In this document: positions 51,599-63,732 of the stretch, piece after piece
Numbering within the stretch: position 1 is the first letter of the stretch
Layout: the number at the start of each line of letters is the position of its first letter
Assembly: GCA_963514005.1 (NCBI GenBank)
Contig: OY740792.1
Span: forward strand, 36,270,001-36,334,000
Direction of reading: 5' to 3'
From: Raja brachyura
Lineage: Eukaryota
Length of the DNA: 64,000 nucleotides
The notes under the pieces: model-generated
What the model was told of the DNA's origin: nothing
Seen by the model: only the letters and a program-made list of their open reading frames with translations
Database searches by the model: none
Program-made: the position numbers and the translations under genes

Positions 51599-53922
51599 GG
51601 AGTCCCATTTCATCGCCGAACTGGAGTTAGTCCAGCACTTTGTGTCTATTTTTGGACACCAGCATCTGCATTTCTCAGCGTTGATATTTATATTCATTTC
51701 TTGGGACACACGGGAACTGTAGATTTTGGAATCTTGAGCAAAAAGCACAAAGTGCTGGAGTAACTCACCGGGTCAGGCAGTATTTCCAGAAAACATGGAT
51801 AGGTGACGTTTCGGGTCAGGAAACTTCTGTTCAGAGTGACTGTAGTAGGTGGAAGAAACCTAGAAGATGCGAGGGCAGGACAAAGCCTGACGAGTGATAG
51901 GTGGATACAGGCGAGAGGGGGGGGGGGGGGGGGGGGGTTAATTGGCAGAGGGGTGAACAAATGCCAGAAATAAAAAGGAGACAAGAGGCTATGAGATAAG
52001 AATTGTGAGATGTGATTTGTGAAGCCAGAGGAAGGGATGTAGATGGAAGGGGAAGCGGAAAGAAGGGGATAAAGGAGAAATGAGGGGGGGGGGGGGGGCG
52101 GGCAGGATAGTGGGAGAAATGGGTGTGAATTCATGTAGGGCACAGGGAGAGAGGTTGGGGGGGGAAATAAGATGTTGTTGTTAGTTATGGAGTCTTAGAG
52201 TCATACAGTGTGGAAACAGGCCCTCCAGCCCAACATGTCCCATCTACACTAGACCCACCTACCTGCGTTTGGCCCATATCCCTCTAAACCTACCCTTTCC
52301 CATTAGGATGTTTCTTAAACCTTTCAATGGTACCTGCCTCAAATACCTTCTCTGGCAGCTAGTTCCATACACCCACCACCCTTTATGTAAAAAAAGTTAC
52401 CCCTCAGGTTCCTATTAAATCTTTCCCCCCTCACCTTAAACCTCAGCCATCTGGTTCTCAATTCCCCTACTCTGGTGCCCACAACTGAACACTGTACTCT
52501 CAATATGGCCTTACCAACATTGTATATAACTGCAACATGACCTCCTAACTTCTATACTCAATGGTTAGTTACCTGAAATTGGTGAATTCTGTGTTCATAC
52601 CATTGGGTTGTGATCTACTTGACGTTTTTTATGGTGAATTTTCTTTGCAGTTCCATTTCATTGTTCAGTGCCCTTCCTCAGGCCTTTCCCAGGCACGGGT
52701 CCTCCGGTCAGTATGGAATAGCACATCTTACACTATTGCTGTTCACATCGTTTACCCAATTTTCTTTCTGTCTGCACTGTTGCCGAGGTAACCACTACAC
52801 ATACAGTAACCCTGCATTACACATCATTGTACCAGCCTCGGACTGAAATTCTCCCCCTGCCAAACTTGCCACAGCATGTGGACGAGTGATTCATGAACAG
52901 ATTACTCATTATAACCCGTTTTTTGTTTTAGTTCTAGATTTAGAGATACAGCATGGAAACAGGCCCTTCGGCCCAACCTGTCCATACCGACCAACAATCA
53001 CGCCGTACCCTAACACTATCCTACACACTAGGGACAATTTAGTGCTAGTGTACGGGGTGATTGCTGTTTGGCACGGACTCTGTGCTTGTTTTGGTGCTTT
53101 AAAGTCTAAAGTAAAGTCAACAGTCCCTGGATTAAAAGTGTGAGTGTCTGGACCCCGCGATAGACGCTAAATACTAGACTGACTCAGCGGGTCAGGCAGC
53201 ATCTCTGGAGAACGGGGTTTGGTGACATTTTTAGTTGGAACCCTTCTTCAGACTGGAACCTGCATTGCACACCAGGGTACCAGTCCCAGGTGGAAATCCG
53301 AGCTATTCTGTCTGCCAAACTTGTCACGGCATGTAGGCGGAGTGATTCACGTGCCTTTCCTCAATGTACACAGCCAGAGGGTTGTTGCACAATTCTCTGC
53401 AAAACAAACCCGCAAGGACACCGAACCAAATTGGGATCCAACCACACCCCACCCTCCCTTGGTGCTCCCTGCAGCTTCCCCTGATAATGTGGGGATTGAG
53501 TGGACCAGATGGTATACTGCATGTAAGGAAGTGGTTCCACGTTCAGTGAAAAAAGGGGAAAGATGTGACAAAGAGATGGGACCAAAAACCTTTGTTTAGC
53601 TTAGTTTAGTATTGTCATGTCTATGGTTTCTTTATTATCACGTGTACCAAGGTACACTGAAACATTTTTTGTGCATACAGCTCAGCAAGACTATCACCAT
53701 ACATGAGCCCAATCCACTAGACTAGTTAGACTAGAATGTACAGAACTGCTCACTGAGTCTGCAGGCACGAGGCCCCATTTTGCTGCCATTTTCAGTCCCA
53801 GCTACATCGGGCCACAGGCCCATTGCAGCAGTCGACTCCATCCCTGCTGTACTGCGAACTGTTGTCCCTCCCCTAGCTCCGCCTGAATGTACCGAGGTAC
53901 CGTGAAAAGTCTAATTATGTTG

Positions 53923-54195
53923 AGAGATACAGTGTGAAAGCAGGCCCTTCAGCCCATCGAGTCCACGCCGACCGTCAATCACCCGTTCTCCAGTTCTATC
54001 CAACACACTGGGGACAATTTACTGAGGCCAATTAACCTACAAACCTGCACATCTTAGGGACATGGGAGGAAACCGAGCACCAGGAAAAAACCCACGCGGT
54101 CGCAGGGAGAACGTATGAACTGCATACAGACAACACCCATAGTCAGGATTGAACCTGCGTCACTGGTGCTATAAGGCAGCAAAGCTGTGCAGCCC
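53923..54195 (-). mobile_element. HE1-like V-SINE
   Basis: Family motifs on the minus strand. Confidence 0.78.
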
Positions 54196-54688
54196 CCTTT
54201 TTGTTGCGTGCCATCCAAGGTACAGATGCAGGATGAAGGGAGATCGTAACCAGGTGTTTAAAAAAAAGCCACAAAGTGCTGGAGTTACTCAGTGGGTCAG
54301 GCAGCATCTCTGGAGAACATAGATAGGTGACATTTCGGGTCGGGGTCCTTCTGATAGATCCTGACCCAAACTTCGCCTATCCATGATTTGTTGAATTCAT
54401 TGCCACAGACGGCTGTGGAGGCCGTCATTGGGTTTTTTTAAAGCAGAAATTGACAGATTCTTGATTAGTAAAGGTGTCAAGAGGGTTATTGGGAAAGGCA
54501 GGAGAATGGGGTTGAGAGGGAAGGATAGATCAGCCATGATTGAATGGCGAAGTAGACTCGATGGGCCGAATGTCCTAATTTAGCTCCTATGACTTATGAA
54601 TAGCTCAGGCAACATCTCTGGAGAACATGGATAGGTGAATTTTCAGGTTGGAATCCTTCTGATAGGTTTCTGACCCGAAACGTCGCCT

Positions 54689-57239
54689 CAGGTCCGGATT
54701 TAAATGAAGAGAGGCCCTAAGCTATTTCACTTGTGAGGCCCCCCCCTCCTAATCCCCCACCCCCATGACTAGAGGACCATGACTACCCGACAGTGACAGT
54801 GTGACACTTTTAGATCCTACTGTATGTTGTCATTAAACTGTTGGTTTTAAAATACATATTGGATTCACCATGGAGCAGGCGATGCTTTACCTGGATCGCC
54901 GTTTGAAGCTCTGGAGTGTTGGGCCTGCTGCTTCAACATCATGGAGCTGTGGTTTGTGGAGCTCACAGCCTCGGGCCGCGCTGGTTTTAATATCGCGGAG
55001 CCCTGGGATCCCTTTGCCGAGGGCCGCCAGCGTGAATCTCCGCCCAGCTCAGTCTGTGGACTCCGGGAGCCGCGGTCTCCGGTAGGAAGTGGCCGATTCG
55101 GAAGTCCTAGCCGCTGAGAATGTTCTCCCGTTCCGACGTCGGATGGTCACCCCCAAATTTCATTGTCCCAATGGCCATGAGGGGGGGTCCAATAGGAGGG
55201 GGTCCGTCGGAGACGGGAAAAGGGATCATCAATGGGGGCGAGGACTCCTTCCCATGGAAGAACCCCATGAGGTGGAGGCAACGGAAGAAGAGCTCCAAAT
55301 CGCGGCGGGCGCCGAATTCATTGAGGTGGGGACGGAGGGGACAAAGGTGAGGACAGGGTCAGCCTTAAGCCGATTGGACTGATTGCTCCCAATTCGGCCC
55401 CGCGAGTAAGAGGGCCCCGCGCCAGAGTAATTGGCTGGGGTAGATGTACCCGGGTGAAGGGGGGAGAGAGGGGCAGATAGAGAGTAGAGCGGTGGAGGGG
55501 GAAGAAAGGGATAGACGGGGAGGGGGAATGGAGAAGGGGGAGAGGGGGAGGTGGATCGTTCCCTCACAGTCCCGGGGCAGCGCTCCTGCCCATCCAGTCG
55601 CCGTGCTTCACGCACACAGCCCCGGCTCCACCCCTCTCTCTCTCCCTGGGGAGACACAGTGAACAATATAGGGAGGGCCGGGCCGGGGGTTGGAGCAACG
55701 TTTACAAACATCGGCCTCAGCTCACACCCGTCCGCCCGGACCCCGGCTTCCGCTCCTGCCGCCAGCCCTCGCCCTCCCTTCTCTCCTTCCCATCTTCCCT
55801 CCCTCCCTTCTCTCCTTCCCTCCCTCCTTCCTCTCTCTTTTCCCTTCTCTCATTCGCTCCATCCCTTCTTTCTCTCCTACCCTTCTCTCCCTCCCTCCCT
55901 TCTCTCCTTCCCTCCCACACACACATCACGCACAGACAACTAACACACAGTTAGGATGGGGTAGAGGCCCAAAGGGTAGGATGGGGCTGAAGCCCAAAAT
56001 GTAATGCCTGGACTGGTTTTTCACCAATGGTTATTGGTTTTCCAGGATCTATTTAATTAAATTACTTTTTTTTTCATTTCACAGTCACTAAAACAAGTGA
56101 TATCGTAACAATTTACTTTTCAGAGGTGATCTACACATGTTGTTTGTTACTCGTAGGCTTACATGAATGCAATTTTATATTAAAATGTAGCTTAGATCTG
56201 TTTGGTCCATTAAATCACATACACTTTTTAAGCGCACATTTTGGTTACTGTAACTTTAATTATAGACTTTAATTATATTTCTATGAATCTACAGACCTTG
56301 GCTGGGAACCTGGGGCTCACCAAAATTGTCCCCAATTGGGCCCCACAACCCCTAAGGCCAGTGCTAGGTGAGGCCTCTGCTGAGGACAGACCGTTCGGTA
56401 TCTGAGAGGGGGAGGTCACAGGGGATGGTGAACATATGGCAGGGATGGGGGTTGGGGCCGGAGGAAGGCAGGTGAGTGGACTGAGGCCAAGGCAATAGAC
56501 AATAAACAATAGGTGCAGGAGTAGGCCATTTGGCCCTTCGAGCCAGCACCGCCATTCAATGTGATCATGGCTGATCATCCACAATCAGTACCCCATTCCT
56601 GCCTTCTCCCCATTTCCCCTAACTCCGCTATTTTTAAGAGCCCTATCTAGCTCTCTCTTGAAAGCATCCAGAGAACTAGCCTCCACCGCCCTCTGAGGCA
56701 GAGAATTTCACAGACTCACCACTCTCTGTGAGAAAAAGTGTTTCCTCGTCTCCGTTCTAAATGGCTTACTCCCTATTCTTAAACTGTGGCCCCTGGTTCT
56801 GGATGTCTGGTGGAGGGGTGGTGGGTGGTCAGGGGGTAGGGAGTATGAGGACTGTAGTGTAGGTGGGGAAGAGCTGGGGTCACATGGTTTGAGGGGAATG
56901 GGGAAGACCCAGTGGAATAGCCACTGAGATGACCAGGGTTGGCTGACTAGCACTAGGACCCAGCGCTGTCAAACCCGGGGGAGTGGGAGTCTGCAGCGTG
57001 GATGCTTCAGGCCCGGTGCTGTCCAGGCTGCAGGTAAGGCGACGGCGACGGCTGCGGGCTGCTGGAGGGCGGTGGAATGGCCAGGTTCAACGGGCAAAGA
57101 GTAGGAGGTTCCGATGGAAGGATGGTCGGTGGGGCGGCGAGGTTCATCGGGTCCGGTGAGGCAGCGAGGTGAGTAGGCCCCTCTAGATCTCGAGGCTCTA
57201 AGATTAAGCTTGTCAAGATTATACGTAAATCCGGCCCTG
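54689..57239. mobile_element. Non-autonomous hAT-type DNA transposon (2.55 kb)
   Basis: TIRs CAGGTCCGGATTTA / TAAATCCGGCCCTG (13/14). Perfect 8-bp TSD CGTCGCCT (54681-54688, 57240-57247). No transposase recognised; nested CR1 at ~56495-56800. Confidence 0.85.
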
Positions 57240-57624
57240 CGTCGCCTATCCATGTTCCCTAGAGATGCTGCCTGACCTGCTGAGTTATTCCAGTACTTTG
57301 TGTGTTTTTTGTAAACAGACATTTTGACTGTTCAAGGGTCACAGTACTGTACTACAATGAGTTATAAATGCCTGACCTTATATGCTCTCTGTCTGCCAGA
57401 AGCTGCACTGATTCATGAGTGGATTTGTCATTGTGAATCATATCCTGTGTACACTTCTCCTTCAGTGCAATCTTTCCTTGAGAGGGTGTGGATAGTTGCT
57501 AAAGAGCTGGCGATATTGTTCCTGGTTTTATACACTAATTCCTGACTTATTTCAAAGATGTGAGATGACTGCGGTGTTTGCACCCTCCCTTTCATCTTAT
57601 GCAGACATGAACCCTCAGTCACAG

Positions 57625-58202
57625 TCATACCAGCTTGGAAACAGGCCCTTGGGTCAAGTTGCCCATGCTACCCAACATGCCCCATCTACATGTCCCACCT
57701 GCCAGCATTTGGCCCATATCCCTCTAAATCTGACCTATCCATGTATCTGTCCAAATGTTTTTTTCAAGTTTGCGATAGTATTTGACCTAACTACCTCCTC
57801 TGGTAGTTCATTCCTTACACCCACCACCCACTGTTTAAAAATGGTTGCCCTCAGGTTCCTATTAAATCTTTCCCCTCTCACCTTAACCCTATGTTCTCTG
57901 GCTCTTGATTCCCCTGTTCTGGGTAAATGACTGTGCATTTATCCAATCAATTTGCCTCGTGATATTATACATCTCTGTATGATCATCCCTCAGCCTCCTG
58001 TAAGGAATAAAGTCCAGCCTGCCCAACCTCTCTCTATAGCTCAGGCCTCGAGTCCTGGCAACATCCTTGTAAATCCTCTCTGCATCCTTTCGAGTTCAAC
58101 AATATCTTTCCTATAACACAGTGACCAAAATTGTAGACAATGCCACAAATGTTGACTCGCCAATGTCTTGTACAACTGTAACATAACCTCCCCACTTCTA
58201 TG
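57625..58202 (-). mobile_element. Older CR1 LINE 3' fragment
   Basis: Reverse complement encodes degenerate CR1 ORF2 C-terminus (RARGHRVKVRGERFNRNLR-like) plus 3' UTR. Confidence 0.8.
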
Positions 58203-58301
58203 TTAAAGAAGGAACTGCAGATGCTGAAGAATCGAGGGTTACACAAAAAGCTGGAGAAACTCAGCGGGTGCAGCAGCATCTAAGGAGTGAAGGAGATAGG
58301 C

Positions 58302-58329
58302 GACGTTTCGGGTCGAGACCCTTCTTCAG
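58302..58329 (-). ncRNA. Minimal PLE-type hammerhead core (mirror copy)
   Basis: Exact reverse complement of 59539-59566. Confidence 0.6.
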
Positions 58330-58892
58330 ACTGGTCAGGGATCAGGGAAACGAGAGATATAAACAGTGATATGGAGAGATAAAGCAAGAACAATGAGTGA
58401 AAGATATGCAAAAAAGTATTGGTGATAAGAAAAACAGGCCATTGTAAGCTGTTTCTGGTGTGAAAATGAGAAGCTAGTGCGACTTGGGGGGGGGGGGGGG
58501 GGGGGAGATGGTGAAGGAATGTCAGGGCCCGAGGGCTGAGGGAGAGGTGGGGGGGTGGGGGGAAAGGAGCAGTCTGGGTTAACAGAATTGAGAAAATTCA
58601 ATGTTTAAGCCCAGAGGATGCAGACTCCCCAAGCGGAATATGAGATGTTGTTCCTCAAACTTGCGGTGTTGTTCACTCTGGCCATGGAGGAGGCCCAGGA
58701 CCGAGAGGTCGGATACGGAGTGGGAGGGGGAGTTGAAGTGCTGAGCCACCGGGAGGTCGGGTTGGTTATTGCGGACCAAGCGGAGGTGTTCGGCGAAACG
58801 ATCGCCTAGCCTCCGCTTGGTCTCACCGATGTAGATTAGCTGGCATCTGGAGCAACGGATGCAGTAGACGAGGTAGACGAGGTTGGAGGAGG

Positions 58893-59291
58893 TGCAAGAG
58901 ATGCTACACTTGTTCCTTCACCTCCCCCATCCACTCCTTTCAGGGACCCAAGCAGTCATTCCAAGTCCGACAGAGGTTCACCTGCACCTCCTCCAACCTC
59001 GTCTACTGCATCCGTTGCTCCAGATGCCAGCTAATCTACATCGGTGAGACCAAGCGGAGGCTAGGCGATCGTTTCGCCGAACACCTCCGCTCGGTCCGCA
59101 ATAACCAACCCGACCTCCCGGTGGCTCAGCACTTCAACTCCCCCTCCCACTCCGTATCCGACCTCTCGGTCCTGGGCCTCCTCCATGGCCAGAGTGAACA
59201 ACACCGCAAGTTTGAGGAACAACACCTCATATTCCGCTTGGGGAGTCTGCATCCTCTGGGCTTAAACATTGAATTTTCTCAATTCTGTTAA
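58893..59291 (+). pseudogene. 5'-truncated PLE ORF: Cys linker + GIY-YIG endonuclease domain
   Basis: Open frame CKRCYTC..FTCTSSNLVYCIRCSRCQLIYIGETKRRLGDRFAEHL..VAQHFN..EEQHLIFRLGSLHPLGLNIEFSQFC*. No start codon and no RT. Confidence 0.85.
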
Positions 59292-59538
59292 CCCAGACTG
59301 CTCCTTTCCCCCCACCCCCCCACCTCTCCCTCAGCCCTCGGGCCCTGACATTCCTTCACCATCTCCCCCCCCCCCCCCCCCCAAGTCGCACTAGCTTCTC
59401 ATTTTCACACCAGAAACAGCTTACAATGGCCTGTTTTTCTTATCACCAATACTTTTTTGCATATCTTTCACTCATTGTTCTTGCTTTATCTCTCCATATC
59501 ACTGTTTATATCTCTCGTTTCCCTGATCCCTGACCAGT

Positions 59539-59566
59539 CTGAAGAAGGGTCTCGACCCGAAACGTC
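59539..59566 (+). ncRNA. Minimal PLE-type hammerhead ribozyme core
   Basis: CTGAAGA-A-GGGTC(TC)GACCC-GAAAC-GTC: CUGANGA and GAAA cores, helix II, ACGT palindrome in place of helix III, GUC cleavage triplet. Helix I is only ~2 bp. Confidence 0.6.
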
Positions 59567-59646
59567 GCCTATCTCCTTCACTCCTTAGATGCTGCTGCAC
59601 CCGCTGAGTTTCTCCAGCTTTTTGTGTAACCCTCCCCACTTCTATG

Positions 59647-60787
59647 GTTGGTTAAGAAAGTTCAATCTTTGGGTTTTAATGGCGGAGTAGCAAGATGGAT
59701 TGAACAGTGGCTGAATGGGAGATGCCAGAGAGTAATGGTGGATGGCTGTTTGTCAGGGTGGAAGCCGGTGACCTGTGGGGTGCCTCAGGGATCTGTGTTG
59801 GGTCCACTGTTGTTTGTCATGTACATCAATGATCTAGACGATGGGGTGGAAAATTGGATAAGTAAGTATGCAGATGATACTAAGATAGGTGGTGCTGTGG
59901 ATAATGAAATAGATTTTCAAAGTCTACAGAGAGATTTGGGCCATTTGGAAGAGTGGGCTGAAAGATGGCAGATGGAGTTTAATGCTGATAAGTGTGAGGT
60001 GCTACATCTTGGCAGGACAAATCAAAATAGGACGTACGTGGTAAATGGTAGGGAATTGAGGAATGCTGTGGAACAGAGGGATCTAGGAATAACTGTGCAT
60101 AGTTCCCTGAAGGTGGAATTGCATGTAGATAGGGTGGTAAAGAAAGCTTTTGGTGTGCTGGCCTTTATAAATCAGAGCATTGAATATAGGAGTAGGGAAG
60201 TAATGTTAAAATTGTACAAGGCATTGGTGAGACCAATTCTGGAGTATGGTGTACAATTTTGGTCGCCTAATTATAGGAAGGATGTCAACAAAATAGAGAG
60301 AGTACAGAGGAGATTTACTAGAATGTTGCCTGGGTTCCAGCAACTAAGTTACAGAGAAAGGTTGAACAAGTTAGGTCTTTATTCTTTGGAGAGCAGAAGG
60401 TTAAGGGGGGACTTGATTGAGGTCTTTAAAATAATGAAAGGGATAGACAGAGTTGACGTGGATAAGCTCTTCCCATTGAGGGTAGGGAAGATTCAAACAA
60501 GAGGGCATGACATGAGAATTAAGGGACAGAAGTTTAGGGGTAACATGAGGGGGAACTTCTTTACTGAGAGAGTGGTGGCTGTGTGGAATGATCTTCCAGC
60601 AGAAGTGGTGGAGGCAGGATCGATTTTAACATTTAAAAGTAAAGTGGATAGGTATATGGACGGGAAGGGAATGGAGGGGTATGGTCTGAGTGCAGGTAGA
60701 TGGGACTAGGGGAAAATAAATGGTCGGCACAGACTGGAAGTGCCGAGAAGGCCTGTTTCCGTGCTGTAATTGTTATATGGTTATATG
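59647..60787 (+). mobile_element. Young 5'-truncated CR1 (HER1-like) LINE with open ORF2 RT/C-terminal fragment
   Basis: ORF 59648-60709, 353 aa without a stop: GVPQGSVLGPLLF, YADDTK, WQMEFN, RRLRGDLIEVFKI. 3' tail GAAGGCCTGTTTCCGTGCTGTA is shared with the SINEs. Confidence 0.92.
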
Positions 60788-61354
60788 TAGAAACAAAGAA
60801 CTGCAGATGCTGGTCTATACCAAAGATAGACACAAAGTGCTGGAGTAACTAAAAGTACTGGACTAAATCTTTTTTCTCCAGAGATGCTGCTGACACAGTG
60901 AGTTACTCCAGCACATTGTGTCTATCCTATCGTCTATACTCATTTCAGCTTCAACATGATGCTCAGTCCTGGCCTTTGAGTTGGAACATTCGAAAACAGT
61001 ACTGGGGAGATAGCTCGGCAAAAAAGTGGAACAAATGACATCCAATGTCTAAGTTCGCATGAAGCAAAGTCTGGGATAGCCCTCAGCCTGCGGTGTGAGT
61101 CACTGTCTGCCAGCAGGCAACAGAGCATTGGCCAAAATATGCTGCTGTCAATTTTACAATATGAGTAATAGGATGTAATAGTGAACAAACTCAATCTGTG
61201 ATGCCTTCTCAAGGTTACCTTAGAAGTACAGGCACTCCCTGACTTAGGTGACTAACGTAAACTCACACTTATGTAAATGGTTCTGCACTCAGTCCCTAGT
61301 CCAATCAAGGCAGTTTGTAATTTCCGCAACACTGTACGATTAGTCACATTTATA

Positions 61355-61965
61355 TCGGAAACAGGCCGGCAATGGGATAAATGGAATAACGTTCAGTGCA
61401 AGATAGAGTGCAGTAAAATCTGATTAAAGACAGTCCGAGGGTCTCCAGCGAGATAGATAGTAGCTCAGGACGGGTCTCTGGTTGTTTGTAAGATGGTTCA
61501 GTTGCCTGATAACAGGTGGGAAGAAACTGTCTCTGAATCTGGAGGTGTGCGTTTTTACAATTCTGTATCTTGTGCCTGATGGGAGAGGGGAGAAGAGCGT
61601 GTGCTCGGGGTGAAACTCGTCCTTGATTATGCTGGTGGCCTTGCCGAGGCAGCGTGCAGTGTAGATGGAGTCAATGGAATGGAGTTGGTTTGTGTGATGG
61701 TCTGGGCTGCGTCCATAATTCTCAGTAATGTCTTGCAGTCTCGGGTGGAGCTGTTCCCAAACCATGCTATGATGCATCCTGATAAAATACTTTCTACTGC
61801 GCATCTGTTGAAGTTGGTGAGAGTTGTTGGTGAGACATGCCAAACTTCATAAGCGTTCTAAGAAAGTAGAAGCGTTGGTGTGCTTTCTTTTCCATTGCTT
61901 CGATATGGTTGGTCCAGGACAGGTTCCTGGTGATATTTACTCCCAGGAACTTGAAGCTTTCAACC
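61355..61965 (-). mobile_element. Rex1/Babar LINE 3' fragment
   Basis: KATSIIKDEFHPEHTLFSPLPSGTRYRIVKTHTSRFRDSFFP. Confidence 0.8.
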
Positions 61966-63732
61966 AGCACAAAGGTGTAAACGTATTGGTGTAAACCTGT
62001 ATAGTTTAGTTAGTTTAGTTTAGAGATACAGCGCGGAAACTTCTTGCGGTCTTGGGCAGAGTAGTTCCCAAACCAAGCAGTGATGCAATTTGATAGTAAG
62101 CTTTAATGTCATGTTGGCCAAACTGATAGGAGAGTATGCTGGAAACGCTCAACAGGTGAGGTAGCATCTTTGAGTTAACAGTTTGGGACATGATGAATGG
62201 CCATTGACCCCAAAAGGTCAGTTTGCACAAGTGCTGACTGTCCTTTTAAATATTAGAAGCACTTTCTTTTATTTTAGGTTACCTGCATCTGTGATTTGAC
62301 TTTTCCCCTTTTTGTGCCCATTTGCAAAAGTCCTTCTGCCCACCGAGTTTCCAGCGACCAGCGATTCTCGTACATTAACACTATCCCGCACACTGGGGAC
62401 ATTTTACAATTTTACCAAGCCAATTAAATCTACAAACCTGTCAGTCTTTGAAATGTGGGAAGATACCAGAGCACCCAGAGAAAAGACATGCGGTTATAGG
62501 GAGAATGCACAGACTCTGCGCAGACAGCAGCTGCAGTCAGGATTGAACCCAGGTCTCGGGTGCTGTAAGGCAGCAACTCTACCGCTACGCCACTGTGCCG
62601 TCACTGGTTGTTTCAAGGGAGAAATCATTTTGGCAGTTGGTAAATTTACTATTGCTGCAGCCACAGTGTGGGGCCCAAGCGAACATCATGTGACAACTGT
62701 TGCATTCTTGTCACCCATATTACCTCCTGATTTATCCCCCTCCCCCACTGCTGAATATACCAGCTGTCACAACCAATATCCAAAAACATCCATGAGCATA
62801 AAGAGTCAGACAATAAATGTTACTTTTAGTGACAGCAAAGACTGCAGATGCTGGAACTTGGAGCAAAACTTTAATTGCTGGAGGAACTCAGTGGGTCAAG
62901 CAACATCTGTGGAGGGAATGAACGGACACCAATTCAGATCAGAATCCTTCTTCAGACTGATAGAGGGTCCGACCCTAAATTACATAGTTAGATTTTAGAT
63001 ATACAGCGTGGAAACAGACCTTTCATCCCACTGAGTCCGCGCCGGCTAGAGATCACCCGTACATTAGCGCTATACCACACACTGGGGACAATTTACAATG
63101 TTACCAAAGCCAATTACCTACAGACCTGTACATCTTTGGAGTGTGGGAGGAAACCAGAGGAAAGCCACGGTGACTTGGAGAATGTATAAATGGGGGAAGA
63201 GTGGATAGGGGAAGCCTTTACCTGGATCTCATCCCGGTGCCTGCTTTCTACCTCTCTGGACCTTCTTATTTCTGGTTTATACCAAAGCTGGAGCATCTTC
63301 TGGGGAACATGGATGGGTGACGTTTCCGGTCGGAACCCCTTCTTCAGATTGACAGATAGAGAAAAGGCCAGAACATATCCGTGCTGGCAACAGTTGACCT
63401 CAGGGAGGGTGGAGCCCATAATGGTCCATTGTTGGCTGTGTCCTTATACCCATCTGTACTCAATCCCCAGACTGATAAATGCCAATGTGCCATTGTAACA
63501 TAAGTTGCTTCAAATATTATTGAGGCTTGAATAACTGATTATTTTGTTTCAGAAATGCAATTTTTGATATTAGCAGTGACAGCTGTTATTCTAATGCAAC
63601 ATCCCTGCTGAAATCACACAAAGTAGGGATTATTCTAATTGTCAATGGAGATTAGGATTTCATCCATTAATTTGCAATGGGCAGGTGCCTGGTCAACTGT
63701 GCTTTGTGTGGCGATTGCGATTAGTTCTCCTT

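Larger units (their letters stand above)
58203..59634. mobile_element. Young Penelope-like element in inverted (head-to-head) configuration
   Basis: Arms 58234-58896 and 58983-59634 are near-perfect reverse complements. CCTCCCCACTTCTATG is duplicated at 58187-58202 and 59631-59646. Contains GIY-YIG coding sequence and hammerhead cores. Confidence 0.88.

Noticed and set aside
52651-52787. Possible plus-strand exon (ttctttgcag| ... CCGAG|gtaacc)
   Set aside because: Plausible splice sites, but no recognisable protein and no partner exons; it would need transcript evidence.
59648-60709. 353-aa ORF as a host gene
   Set aside because: It is the RT/C-terminal part of a 5'-truncated CR1 ORF2, with no true start.
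62312-62998. 228-aa ORF
   Set aside because: Antisense SINE plus unique DNA plus a PLE arm; no coding signature.
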